The notes beneath the pieces are model-generated. The model had not been told where the DNA came from and did not search any database. It saw nothing but the letters and a program-made list of their open reading frames with translations. Made by a program: the position numbers and the translations under genes. Source: Dehalococcoidia bacterium (GTDB lineage Bacteria; Chloroflexota; Dehalococcoidia; Lucifugimonadales; VXLM01). From it: 64,000 nucleotides of DNA. Positions 45,389 to 55,234 of this stretch are shown here, piece by piece. How positions within the stretch are numbered: position 1 is the stretch's first letter; the number at the start of each line of letters is the position of its first letter. The stretch is from assembly GCA_034423035.1 (NCBI GenBank), contig DAOUJF010000025.1:64349-128348 (forward strand). Reading direction: 5' to 3'.

Positions 45389-46534
45389 TTAAGGATTGGA
45401 CAGATCACTCTCAACCGTCACCGAGGTGACGTCGGTGATGTCGCCACGCACGTATTCCACCAGGATCTCGTCGCCGGGCTTGTAGGCCCAGAGTCGGGGA
45501 TTAAAGACGGCAAGTCCGGGAGTAGGAATATCATCCAGCTTCGTGATGATGTGCCCAACCCGGAGACCGGCGGCGTGTGCGGGGCCGTCCGTGCTTATAG
45601 CGGTGATTACGACGCCCTCGGTGACCGAGAGGTTGAACGACCGCGCGATTGCCGGCGTTACGTCGTCCCCCTTGATTCCGATGTCTGGACGCGAAACAGC
45701 GCCGTCCTCGATGAGACTGTCGATAACCGGTCCTGCGACGGAGGCATTGATGGCGAAGCCGAACCTCGCCTCCGCGAGCACGGCTTGATTTATCCCGATA
45801 ACCGTTCCGTCGATGTCCACGAGGGGACCACCACTGTTTCCGGTGTTGATGGTCGCATCGGTCTGAATAAGATTGAAGAACTGCTGGCCCTGCTCGGTCT
45901 TGATAGATCTTCCGAGACCGCTGACAATTCCTAGAGTTGCTGTTGGTCCTCCCCTCATGTCAAGGGCGTTGCCAAGTGTCATCACCCAGTCCCCGACCCG
46001 AATGTCATCAGTCTTGGAGAGCGTCGCGAAAGGCAGGCCTTCTGCTTCGATCTTGAGAATGGCGATGTCCGTAACGATATCCTTTCCCACGACGGTGGCG
46101 GGATAGCTCTCGCCGTTCGACAGGTGAGCTTGGAGTTGCTGCGCGCCCCTGATGACGTGTTCATTGGTGGCGATGTACCCGTCCGAACGCACGATGAAGC
46201 CGGACCCTGCTCCTTCGTCTCTGAAGGTAGAGAAGAACCCGCGTACAAAGCGCTCTGTGGTTATGGAGACTACCCAAGGCTCGATTTCTTCGACCACGTC
46301 TGCCAGTGACGGGAGTACGAAGGAGGTTACACTCTCGGACTCGTCGGTCGACTCCGGAAGCGGTGTGGTGTTCTCTTCTGGAACGGGTGTGGGGGACGGC
46401 GGAACCGGCGTATAGGTTGGAAGTGGGGTTGTGGTCGGCTCAGGCGGCGGGTCGTCCCCACAGGCGACAACGGCAAGCAGCGAGAGCAAGGCGAGTAGTA
46501 GAATCGCGATGAGGTTCAGGACACTAGCGGGCAT
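45389..46534 (-). CDS. HtrA/DegP-family serine protease with PDZ domain
   Basis: Catalytic triad contexts ATNEHVI, TDIAILKI, GNSGGPLVD. C-terminal PDZ. N-terminal TM and Pro/Thr linker. ATG at 46534 is chosen to limit overlap with the upstream gene. Confidence 0.85.
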   Translation of the reverse strand: MPASVLNLIAILLLALLSLLAVVACGDDPPPEPTTTPLPTYTPVPPSPTPVPEENTTPLPESTDESESVTSFVLPSLADVVEEIEPWVVSITTERFVRGFFSTFRDEGAGSGFIVRSDGYIATNEHVIRGAQQLQAHLSNGESYPATVVGKDIVTDIAILKIEAEGLPFATLSKTDDIRVGDWVMTLGNALDMRGGPTATLGIVSGLGRSIKTEQGQQFFNLIQTDATINTGNSGGPLVDIDGTVIGINQAVLAEARFGFAINASVAGPVIDSLIEDGAVSRPDIGIKGDDVTPAIARSFNLSVTEGVVITAISTDGPAHAAGLRVGHIITKLDDIPTPGLAVFNPRLWAYKPGDEILVEYVRGDITDVTSVTVESDLSNP

Positions 46535-47441
46535 GAGTGTCGACAATCCGGAGCCTGACGCGCGAAAAGCCGGTCCAAATGACCTTGAGGCTAAGTTGAT
46601 GTTGAGGAAGACTCTCGACATATGCACTGTATCGAGACGTGACCAGAGCTCCAAAGAGAAGAATAATGGCCGACAGATACACCCAGGTCAATGTTGCCAG
46701 GATGGTCCCGACCGAGCCGTATAGCAGATTGTAGTGCTCGTAGTTTTGAACGTACCAGACGAAGGCTAGGTTAGCAGCGTCAAATGCCAGGGAGGCGAGC
46801 AACGCCCCAGCCCACACGTTGCTCAGCTTCACCTCCGTGTTTGGGATGAACCTATACAGGACCAGGAATGTGGCGAAGGCTAAGACCGGAAGGATGAGCC
46901 GGGAGATGAGGTTCCAAATAATGTGGTTGAAATACTCGGACTCCGGCGCTAGTAGGCCTGAGGCGCCACGGACGAAACTCAGGGTTGGAGAGCTTAACAG
47001 CACGATGAACAAGAGAATTCCGGCCCCGATGACAAGTGCGAAGTCGATAAGGCGTTCCTTGAGGAACGGTCTCGGTCTCGTGATGCCCCATGCGGCGTTG
47101 ATTCCCTTGCGTATCGCGCCGAACACCACGGTCGCGCCCCAAAGCAGGCCAAAGATGCCCACGATGCCTGTAACGACTCTTGACTCTACGACGCTGGCGA
47201 CAGTCTCCCCGATGAAGTCACTGGACACGGGGATGATGTCGGCTGTGCGGAGTGCCAGCTCCTGTTGCTCCTCCGCCGAGGCGGGACTCAAGTATCCCAA
47301 CACCGAAATGATGGCCAGGAGAAGAGGGAATATCGCGATAAGAGTGTAGAACGCGATTGCCCCCGCGATGTATGGGCAGTTCTTGTCCAGGAACTCGTTG
47401 ATCGTGTCCGTGCAGAAGAGGATTATTCTTACGAATGTCAT
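46524..47441 (-). CDS. YihY/BrkB-family membrane protein
   Basis: Polytopic. N-terminal DKNCPYIAGAIAFYTLIAIFPLLL pattern typical of YihY. Confidence 0.7.
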   Translation of the reverse strand: MTFVRIILFCTDTINEFLDKNCPYIAGAIAFYTLIAIFPLLLAIISVLGYLSPASAEEQQELALRTADIIPVSSDFIGETVASVVESRVVTGIVGIFGLLWGATVVFGAIRKGINAAWGITRPRPFLKERLIDFALVIGAGILLFIVLLSSPTLSFVRGASGLLAPESEYFNHIIWNLISRLILPVLAFATFLVLYRFIPNTEVKLSNVWAGALLASLAFDAANLAFVWYVQNYEHYNLLYGSVGTILATLTWVYLSAIILLFGALVTSRYSAYVESLPQHQLSLKVIWTGFSRVRLRIVDTHAR

Positions 47442-47669
47442 GTTGGCAGGACTTTATTCGATATCTCCGAAGCCGTACATTCGTGGACGCAGGTTCAATC
47501 AGTCGAGCGGGTCGGTTCTCTTGCGGATTCTAGAATACGCTGCAATAAGGGTCAACGAAGTGTTTGATGAGGATGAGCTATGGACGGGCGGCACACGTGT
47601 TGTCCACTGGATGCTTCCGCTGTACTCTGTAACGACACGCTCCAAGAGTACAGATTAGGAGGAGTGACT

Positions 47670-48422
47670 ATGAGACTCATCATTACCGGATGCGAACACG
47701 TAGGGAAGACGACACTATCTGACGGAGTGTCCCGTTGGCTTGCGGACGTGACTGGGTACAGCAGAACGTCTCACGATCACTTTACCGTGCCTTCCCCGGA
47801 AGTCGCCGACGAGGATCGCGAACTCTTCATGCAGATGAGCCCTGCGTTTGTTGAGCGATTCCAACGCTACCAGATCGCCTATCACGGCGGGGGCGCGTTC
47901 CTGTCCGATGCCGACCATCTATTGGTCGGCTATCACATCGAGGAGGCCGTATTTGCGCCGCTGTACTATGGTTACGGTGGCCACGGTCAGTACGCTGAAC
48001 GGTCAGCATTCGCACGGCACATCGAGCACGACATCATGAAGGTTGCACCCGACACGATCATGGTGCTGCTGACTGCTCGACCGGATGTCATCAAGGAAAG
48101 AATGGTAGATGACCCCCTGCCTCGCGACCAAAAAGGTCGGCGACCAGGTGTCCTGCGCGAGGAGCATGTAGAGCATGTCCTCCAGCGATTTCAAGAGGAG
48201 TTTGACGCCTCGCTGATTCGCAGGAAGTTTGTGATCGACAACTCGGATCTCTCTCCCGAAGAGACACTGTCTGAGTTCATCTGGAAGGTGCAGAAATTCC
48301 TCTCACACGAAGACCGGATGCGTATCGCCGCTCGTCAAGTCATGGTGCAAAGGGGGGAGCACCGCGATGGTGTGGTCGAGCATGACAAGACGGTACCGCC
48401 TGAGAAGCGAATCAAGATTTGA
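47670..48422 (+). CDS. P-loop NTPase (kinase-like), function unknown
   Basis: MRLIITGCEHVGKTT Walker A. ATG at 47670 is preceded by AGGAGG. Confidence 0.5.
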   Translation: MRLIITGCEHVGKTTLSDGVSRWLADVTGYSRTSHDHFTVPSPEVADEDRELFMQMSPAFVERFQRYQIAYHGGGAFLSDADHLLVGYHIEEAVFAPLYYGYGGHGQYAERSAFARHIEHDIMKVAPDTIMVLLTARPDVIKERMVDDPLPRDQKGRRPGVLREEHVEHVLQRFQEEFDASLIRRKFVIDNSDLSPEETLSEFIWKVQKFLSHEDRMRIAARQVMVQRGEHRDGVVEHDKTVPPEKRIKI

Positions 48423-48447
48423 CGCTAAGGAATGCTCGGATCAACCG

Positions 48448-50019
48448 CTAAGAAGGGTGTCCTCGTCTCAACGCTCTTCCGGGAAGCGCGCCGGAGTGCT
48501 CTCCGTCATCGATGACGACCTCGCCGTTGACGATCACGTAGTCGATTCCGACCGGGTAATGCTTTGGGTCACCCAAAACGGCATCGGTTCTAACCGTGTC
48601 GGGGTCGAAGACCACGATGTCGGCCTTGAATCCGTCGCGGAGTACGCCGCGGTCGGACAAGCCCAGCCGCTGCGCCGGGAATGAGGTCATCTTTCGAATC
48701 GCCTCCGGCAAGCGAAGATGCTTCTCGGCCCGTACGAACTCGGCCAACACGATCGGGAAACAGCCGTATGAGCGCGGGTTCTGGTACTCACCGAGGAGGA
48801 TTGCGTCGCTCGCGATTATGCCATACGGGTGCGACACGAAGGCCGGTAGGGTGTGCTGGTTGGTGCCCGTTCCAACGATGTGGACCGAGAGGTTCTCATC
48901 GACGAGGAGGTCCATGATCGCGTCGACCGGGTCCTGGCTGCGCATGTGCGCGATCTCGGTTATCGACTTGCCGTCGTACTGCATGTTGTGCGGCTGTTTG
49001 AAGTTGGTCAGCCACGTCTCGGCGAGGGTTTCGCGGTCGACCTCACGTCTGATGCGCTCGCGGTCGTCGGAATCCTTGAACGCGGCGATGGCGCGCTCGG
49101 GACCGCCGTCCATCGTCCAGTTTGGCACCAACATCAAGAGCGTCGTGCCGGAATATGGGTATGAGTAGCAGTCGAAGGTAACGTCCATGCCTTCGTCCCG
49201 ACCGCGCTCGACGAGACCGATGTAATCGAGGTGGCTTCCGACGCCCTGGCGGGGCTGTCGGTAGTGGGTGAGATGAACGGGGATGCCGGAGCGTCGCCCT
49301 ATGTCGAGGGCCTCCTCCCAGGGGGCCAGCAGTCCAAACTCCCTGAGGATGGCTCGGGTGTGGGTGTGGTAGAAGCCTCCGAACCGGGCCGAGACCTCCG
49401 CGAGAGCGACAAGCTCGTCGGTGCTGGCGAATGAGCCTGGCGGGTAGTCGAGGCCCGACGAGAGACCCCACGCGCCCTCTTCCATGGCTTCTCGCGTAAC
49501 GGAGCGCATGTCTTCGATCTCGGAAGTAGTGGCGGGACGGTCGTTCCAGCCCACGCTCCAGATGCGCACGGGCGCATTGCCCAAGATGATCGCGACGTTG
49601 ATTGAGACCGCGTTGTCGTACTTGCCGTATAGATCGAGGACGCTGAGCCAATCGGGTGATCCCGGCGGGTACCCATTGAAGCCTGAGTCGAGCCAGATCG
49701 CTCTCTGCAGTTCTTCCTGTGACTTGTAGGGAACGTGCGATATCCCGTCGATGCCAACCAACTCGGTCGTCACGCCCTGACGCACCTTTGGGTCGTGGTG
49801 TGGCTCACCGAGCATGGTCAGTCCGGCGTGGGAGTGGAGATCGACGAATCCTGGGCAGACTACCTTGCCTTGAGCGTCGATAGAGCGCACGGCTTCCAGG
49901 CCGGAGTGGTCGCCCCTATGGATGGCGAGGCGATTGTCCTTTACCAGGACCGAAGCGCGAAACCCGGGGCTGCCGGTGCCGTCAACGACCATACCGTTGT
50001 GGATCGCCAGATCAAGCAT
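48448..50019 (-). CDS. D-aminoacylase (N-acyl-D-amino-acid deacylase) family amidohydrolase
   Basis: LAIHNGMVVDGTG, PGFVDLHSHAG, and a C-terminal VIVNGEVVIDDGEH typical of the family. Confidence 0.8.
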   Translation of the reverse strand: MLDLAIHNGMVVDGTGSPGFRASVLVKDNRLAIHRGDHSGLEAVRSIDAQGKVVCPGFVDLHSHAGLTMLGEPHHDPKVRQGVTTELVGIDGISHVPYKSQEELQRAIWLDSGFNGYPPGSPDWLSVLDLYGKYDNAVSINVAIILGNAPVRIWSVGWNDRPATTSEIEDMRSVTREAMEEGAWGLSSGLDYPPGSFASTDELVALAEVSARFGGFYHTHTRAILREFGLLAPWEEALDIGRRSGIPVHLTHYRQPRQGVGSHLDYIGLVERGRDEGMDVTFDCYSYPYSGTTLLMLVPNWTMDGGPERAIAAFKDSDDRERIRREVDRETLAETWLTNFKQPHNMQYDGKSITEIAHMRSQDPVDAIMDLLVDENLSVHIVGTGTNQHTLPAFVSHPYGIIASDAILLGEYQNPRSYGCFPIVLAEFVRAEKHLRLPEAIRKMTSFPAQRLGLSDRGVLRDGFKADIVVFDPDTVRTDAVLGDPKHYPVGIDYVIVNGEVVIDDGEHSGALPGRALRRGHPS

Positions 50020-50138
50020 ACATCCCTCCAGACGAACAGGAACTTACCGATTCGGACACGGCGGGTATTCTACCAGCATCGAGCGGTAGTTCTGCTAGAG
50101 CGACTTCGGGGAATGTTCTTGAAATCGCCCCTTCACGG

Positions 50139-50191
50139 CAGACGCCGTTCCGTCCCAAATCTACTCTTGCTTCGTGACGGAACGGCGTCTG
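50139..50191. other. 16-bp perfect inverted repeat with 21-nt loop, downstream of the small basic-protein gene
   Basis: CAGACGCCGTTCCGTC (50139-50154) pairs with GACGGAACGGCGTCTG (50176-50191). There is no U-tract, so it is not a classical intrinsic terminator. Confidence 0.4.
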
Positions 50192-50288
50192 TAAACGTAG
50201 CTGAGAGTCGGAGACGGGCGTCTCGACTCAACGACTAATCAAGTTCGGACATGCCTCACGTGCAGGTGGGGCGTGTACGGCAGTGGAC

Positions 50289-50540
50289 CTACATGCTGGA
50301 CTTGCGTGGGCGGCCTCTTCTGCGCGCGGTGGTCCAAAAATAGACATCGTCGCCCGATCGTTTGATAGTAAGCTCGACTCCGGCTGACTTGGCTGCCTGG
50401 TTCAAGCGTCGTCTTATTGCTATCGCGCTCTCGTCTTCCGTCGCAGACAGCATTCCGGCTTGGCCCGACTGCAATTCACGAATATATCCCAAATACTCGT
50501 GAATAATCTTTGCCCTTTTACCTGAAGCCGTTTTGGCCAT
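50289..50540 (-). CDS. hypothetical small basic protein with C-terminal AT-hook-like RRRGRPRK
   Basis: 83 aa from the ATG at 50540 (AGAGGAAG upstream). No family recognised. AT-richer DNA. Confidence 0.4.
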   Translation of the reverse strand: MAKTASGKRAKIIHEYLGYIRELQSGQAGMLSATEDESAIAIRRRLNQAAKSAGVELTIKRSGDDVYFWTTARRRGRPRKSSM

Positions 50541-51004
50541 GGCTTCCTCTACCGAAACGATTGCTAATCTTGACAATTGCACCCTCCCTGATGTGTCATC
50601 TGCAGTTTGTATGACGGAGTGGAATCTCTCGTTATTTGGGAACTTAACTCAGGTATGAATCTCTGGTGAACCCATGACCCGTAGAGTGGAATAGCGCCCT
50701 ATTCAGAAATTAGCATACGGTAGCGACTAGCACTTTGTCAAAGGGTTGCAAAGCGTGAGGGAATCCGGTTATGAATCGCTCGATGAGTCTCAAGTAATTC
50801 AACTAAAGTAATGAGTATCAGTATCAATAACTTTTGGAGAAAGCAGAACTCATTCCTCGTATGCCACGGCAAGCGCTTAGGAGAAGATGATCTTCACATT
50901 TAGCGCCGCTTCCGCATCTGCTTAGTGACGTTGATAGTCTCATTTGCTAAACTCTCCTCCACCACGAAACTGCGAATCGAGTCTCAAAGTTCAGGAGAAG
51001 ATGT

Positions 51005-51910
51005 ATGATATTCCCAAGTGCTGAGATGGACGCCATCGCAAGGAAGTTCGACGGGCGCATAGGCTTCTATCTTGAAGACATCGTGACCGGCGAATCGCAT
51101 GAGTACGCTTCCAGCCAACGATACCCGACGGCCAGCGTCTGCAAGATCACGGTAATGGCCGAGCTATTCCGACAGGATGCCGAGGGAATGTTGTCGCTAG
51201 ACGACCGGATGCGGTTGGAGGACCGGTACTCAGCACACGGCTCCGGCCAACTAAAGCTAATGCAGGACGAGCCGGAGATATCGTTGCGAGATTACTGTCG
51301 CATGATGATTACCATCAGCGACAACATGGCGACTGACCTTCTGATGGAGACCGTTGGACTCGCGAACGTCAACGCTTTTCTGGATCGTCTTGGTTGTCCA
51401 AACACGCGAACGAGCGTCACGATGGGCCGGTACCATTACCGCATGACGTACCAAGATCACCTGCCCACCAATCGAGCCAACGACGTGCTGCAGGCGGAGG
51501 CGTCTGCGGCCGGGGCCAACGACTTCAAGAGCGTTTCGTACATGGATTCTCCGGACAACAACGTGGCCGCACCTGCCGAGATGGGGCGCATCATGAAGCG
51601 GCTGTATGAAGGCACTCTCGTCAGTTCCGATGCGTCGCTTCAGATGCTTGAGATGATGGAGAACGCTCGCGATCTTCGCATGATTCGCCGCGATCTTCCG
51701 CGCGATATCGTCGTCGCCCAGAAGAGCGGCTCCAGCGGGCGGATCAAGGGTAACGTGGGCATTGTGTACCTTCCGAGCGGACCGATGATTGTCTCGGCTT
51801 TCGCAACCGCCAACTCGAACGATGCCCGGGCGGACGAGGCCATTGCGGAGGTATGTCGGCTGGCCTACGCCGCGTTCTGCCCGGAGGTTCTCGAATCCAT
51901 CGGCCCATAG
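51005..51910 (+). CDS. class A beta-lactamase-fold serine hydrolase, no recognisable signal peptide
   Basis: S-x-x-K (ASVCK), SDN (ISDNMATD), KSG (QKSGSSG). AGGAGAAG lies 7 nt upstream of the ATG. Confidence 0.7.
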   Translation: MIFPSAEMDAIARKFDGRIGFYLEDIVTGESHEYASSQRYPTASVCKITVMAELFRQDAEGMLSLDDRMRLEDRYSAHGSGQLKLMQDEPEISLRDYCRMMITISDNMATDLLMETVGLANVNAFLDRLGCPNTRTSVTMGRYHYRMTYQDHLPTNRANDVLQAEASAAGANDFKSVSYMDSPDNNVAAPAEMGRIMKRLYEGTLVSSDASLQMLEMMENARDLRMIRRDLPRDIVVAQKSGSSGRIKGNVGIVYLPSGPMIVSAFATANSNDARADEAIAEVCRLAYAAFCPEVLESIGP

Positions 51911-52068
51911 CTAATAAGGGTCGCCGAATGGCGCTCTAGGGGCCGAATATGACTCTCCACGAGTCTGCGGACGCTGCGTTTTCGTCACTCCGTGTCGTAG
52001 GTTTGTGGTACATTATCAAGCGTCGATGGAATGGAATTGAAGATACACAGCAAGGAGTCGAAGGAAAG

Positions 52069-54171
52069 ATGACGACGGAAGGTAACGTCACTGAAGCTGA
52101 GATCGCCTCCCATTGGAAGGAGGAGGAAGTTATTCACCCCAGCCCCGCTTTCATCGGGCAGGCCAACCTGTCTGACCCGGCGGTGTTCGATCGCTTTACC
52201 CCTGACAAATTCCCTGATTGCTTCAACGAATACGCCAACCTCTTGTCGTGGGACAAGTATTGGCATACGACCCTTGACGACTCCAACCCTCCGTTCTTCA
52301 ATTGGTTCGTGGGCGGGCGACTCAACGCCAGCTACAACTGCGTCGACAGGCACTTGGAAGAACATGCCAACAAGGCTGCGTTCATCTGGGTCTCCGAGCT
52401 CGAGGACGAGCCGGACATCGTACTCACCTTTCGCGAACTGTACGTTCGCGTCAACGAAACTGCTTCCCTATTGCAGAGTTTGGGACTCAAGGCGGGTGAC
52501 CGCGTTACGCTTCATATGCCGATGATCGTTGAATTGCCTATCACCATGCTCGCCTGTGCACGACTGGGAGTAATTCACTCGGAGGTCTTCGGCGGGTTCA
52601 GCGGCGCGGCGTGCGGCGACCGAATCGTCGATTCGGGCAGTTCGATTCTGATCACCGCTGACGCCTACCATCGGGCAGGTACCCTGCTTGACCACAAGAT
52701 CAAGGCAGACGAGGCTGTGGAGGTTGCAGAGAACGCAGGCGTAGAGGTGGAGAAGGTATTGATATGGCAGCGCTATCCAGGTAAATACTCGTCGCCGACG
52801 CCGATGGTTGGTGGACGAGACGTCTTCGCCAATGACCTGATTCAAGAGCACAAGGGCAAGAGAGTCGCTCCGGAATCTCTTCCTGCCGAGCATCCGCTCT
52901 TTTTGATGTACACGAGCGGGACCACCGCAAAGCCAAAGGGTGCGCAGCACAGTACCGGAGGATACCTCGCTTACGCCGCGGGAACGTCCAAGTATTATCA
53001 GGACATCCATCCTACGGACACTTACTGGTGTCTCGCCGACATCGGGTGGATTACCGGTCATTCCTACATCGTGTATGGACCCCTGTCTGTCGCCGCGACG
53101 GGAGTCCTGTTCGAGGGTGTGCCGAACTACCCCGATCCGGGCCGGGCATGGCGCGAGGCCGAGCGTCTGAACGTCAATATCTTCCACACCGCTCCGACGA
53201 CGATCAGGATGCTGAGAAAGGCCGGGCCGGACGAGCCCGCAAAGTACAACTATCACTTCAAGCACATGACGACCGTGGGCGAGCCGATTGAGCCGGAAGT
53301 CTGGCGGTGGTACTACGACGTTGTCGGCAAGGGTGAAGCCGCAATCGTCGATACGTATTGGCAGACAGAGACCGGTGGGTTCATCGGCGTTACCCTTCCT
53401 GCCCTCCAGCCCATGAAGCCCGGAAGTTGTGGGACGGGAGCGCTCGGCATCGAGCATGTGGTGTTCGACGAGAACGGCAACGAAATCGAGCCTGGTAGCG
53501 GGGTTGCCGGAAACGTGTGCATTAGAAACCCCTGGCCCGGGCGTATGCAGACCGTTTGGGGGGACGACCAGCGGTTCATCGACACGTACTATGCAAAGTT
53601 CAACAAGGACCCTGAGAGCAAGGACTGGCGGGACTGGCCGTACATGACCGGTGACGGCGGGATCCAGGCCGCAGACGGCTACCTCCGCGTGGTCGGACGG
53701 CTGGACGACGTAATCAACGTGGCAGGCCACCGGCTTGGTACGAAGGAGTTGGAGTCCGCGACGTTGACAGTTGAAGCTGTTACGGAGGCTGCTGCAGTGC
53801 CGGCCTTCGACGAACTCAAAGGTCGGTCGCCTGAGATGTACGTCTCGATACACGCAGGCCACGACCCTGACGAGGTTGTGACCCAGGTCAAGGCGGCAAT
53901 CACGCAGATAATCGGGCCGATAGCAAGGCCCAAGTACGTCTGGATTGCCCCCGACCTTCCGAAGACCCGTTCGGGCAAGATCATGCGGCGCGTGACGGCC
54001 GCGATATCCAACTTCGTGGACGTTGGCGACGTCACGACCCTTGCCAACCCCGAAGTGGTCGACGAGATTAGAGAAATCGTGCAGAAAACGAAGGTCGCCG
54101 CCGGTGACGTGCCGGCGGCGGTCGCAAAAGAGATGACAGAAGAGGTTCAACGCTTCGGCGATGAGGGATGA
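52069..54171 (+). CDS. acs: acetate--CoA ligase (acetyl-CoA synthetase)
   Basis: NWFVGGRLNASYNCVDRHL, YTSGTTAKPKG AMP-binding motif, TYWQTETGG, RSGKIMRR. Internal ATG at 52069 preferred. Confidence 0.9.
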   Translation: MTTEGNVTEAEIASHWKEEEVIHPSPAFIGQANLSDPAVFDRFTPDKFPDCFNEYANLLSWDKYWHTTLDDSNPPFFNWFVGGRLNASYNCVDRHLEEHANKAAFIWVSELEDEPDIVLTFRELYVRVNETASLLQSLGLKAGDRVTLHMPMIVELPITMLACARLGVIHSEVFGGFSGAACGDRIVDSGSSILITADAYHRAGTLLDHKIKADEAVEVAENAGVEVEKVLIWQRYPGKYSSPTPMVGGRDVFANDLIQEHKGKRVAPESLPAEHPLFLMYTSGTTAKPKGAQHSTGGYLAYAAGTSKYYQDIHPTDTYWCLADIGWITGHSYIVYGPLSVAATGVLFEGVPNYPDPGRAWREAERLNVNIFHTAPTTIRMLRKAGPDEPAKYNYHFKHMTTVGEPIEPEVWRWYYDVVGKGEAAIVDTYWQTETGGFIGVTLPALQPMKPGSCGTGALGIEHVVFDENGNEIEPGSGVAGNVCIRNPWPGRMQTVWGDDQRFIDTYYAKFNKDPESKDWRDWPYMTGDGGIQAADGYLRVVGRLDDVINVAGHRLGTKELESATLTVEAVTEAAAVPAFDELKGRSPEMYVSIHAGHDPDEVVTQVKAAITQIIGPIARPKYVWIAPDLPKTRSGKIMRRVTAAISNFVDVGDVTTLANPEVVDEIREIVQKTKVAAGDVPAAVAKEMTEEVQRFGDEG

Positions 54172-55107
54172 ATGGTAAATCTATTTCGTAAACACATGAC
54201 AACGGAACTCTCCACCAACCATGCTGGAGGGAACACAAGAGACAACGCAAAAGGACCCGGGACCGCGCTGTACGTAGATACTGAGAATCTTCAGGGTAGC
54301 GCTCAAACACTCATAGAGAACATAGTCGAAGACTGGCCGACGGGAACGCCGCCTCCAAGGCGGTTGAACCTCTATGTTCAGGCCGACCGAGTCTCCCTCT
54401 GGGACATTTGGGCAACCGGAAGGTTCCCACAGTTGGCTGTGACGGTTCGGGGTATACAGCACTTCAGCAACAGGCAGTCCAAGAACTCTGCCGACATAGC
54501 AATTGCCATCGACGCGATTGCCGACTACGTCAGGGGCGTTGCCCAATACGTAGCCGTCATGAGTGACGACAGCGACTTCATGCCGCTGTATGCGAAACTC
54601 AAGGAGTTGAAGTCGGATCCCGTTCCCTTCCTGTGGCTGGTGACCGATCGCACGAAGACGCGGTCAACAACCATCAGGGACTACTTCCCCAACGACTACA
54701 TTCATGTTGTGCAGGCCAGAAGACCAACCCAGTCGTTTGGTGGAAGCGCGACCCAATCCAATGGTTCACGCAGGGTTCGACCTATCGAGCCAGCTGCGGC
54801 AACGGCAAGTGATGACGGCAGGCCCCGCACCGTTCGCTTGACCGAAGTGGCTGATCTTATAATCGATCAGCTTCCAACCGGGTCGTTCAGAAGTACCGAG
54901 TGCCAGCGCGTCATCAAGTCGCAGTGGCCGGGCGATCCGATGGCGAGGATGTCGAGCGTACGCTTCGGCACGGAATTCGCCAACAAGATCTGGCCGATTC
55001 TGGATGAGCGTGGAGTCGAGCTACTGAGCACCAAGCCGCGCAAGTATGGGCTGACTCAGGAAGTCAAGGACGCCCATCGAAACGGGAACGTGGCTTCGAG
55101 GCAGTAG
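54172..55107 (+). CDS. NYN (LabA-like, PIN-related) domain protein with a C-terminal OST-HTH/LOTUS-like region
   Basis: ALYVDTENL, KNSADIAIAIDAI, VAVMSDDSDFMPL acidic motifs of NYN. ATG immediately follows the acs TGA. Confidence 0.65.
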   Translation: MVNLFRKHMTTELSTNHAGGNTRDNAKGPGTALYVDTENLQGSAQTLIENIVEDWPTGTPPPRRLNLYVQADRVSLWDIWATGRFPQLAVTVRGIQHFSNRQSKNSADIAIAIDAIADYVRGVAQYVAVMSDDSDFMPLYAKLKELKSDPVPFLWLVTDRTKTRSTTIRDYFPNDYIHVVQARRPTQSFGGSATQSNGSRRVRPIEPAAATASDDGRPRTVRLTEVADLIIDQLPTGSFRSTECQRVIKSQWPGDPMARMSSVRFGTEFANKIWPILDERGVELLSTKPRKYGLTQEVKDAHRNGNVASRQ

Positions 55108-55234
55108 CGATAGCTGCCTTGCTCCGCCGGTTGCCTATCCGCCTTGCCACCGACTCCCCATTCGCCCTGAGTAGGGTTATGTTCCGCTGACATCCGAGGA
55201 AAGGGTAGACAGGGGAGAGTTGGACTCTGCCCAT

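Noticed and set aside
51005-51910. Calling the class A beta-lactamase-fold gene an antibiotic resistance determinant.
   Set aside because: It has no signal peptide and sits in a catabolic neighbourhood. Motif presence alone cannot distinguish beta-lactamases from related esterases or peptidases.
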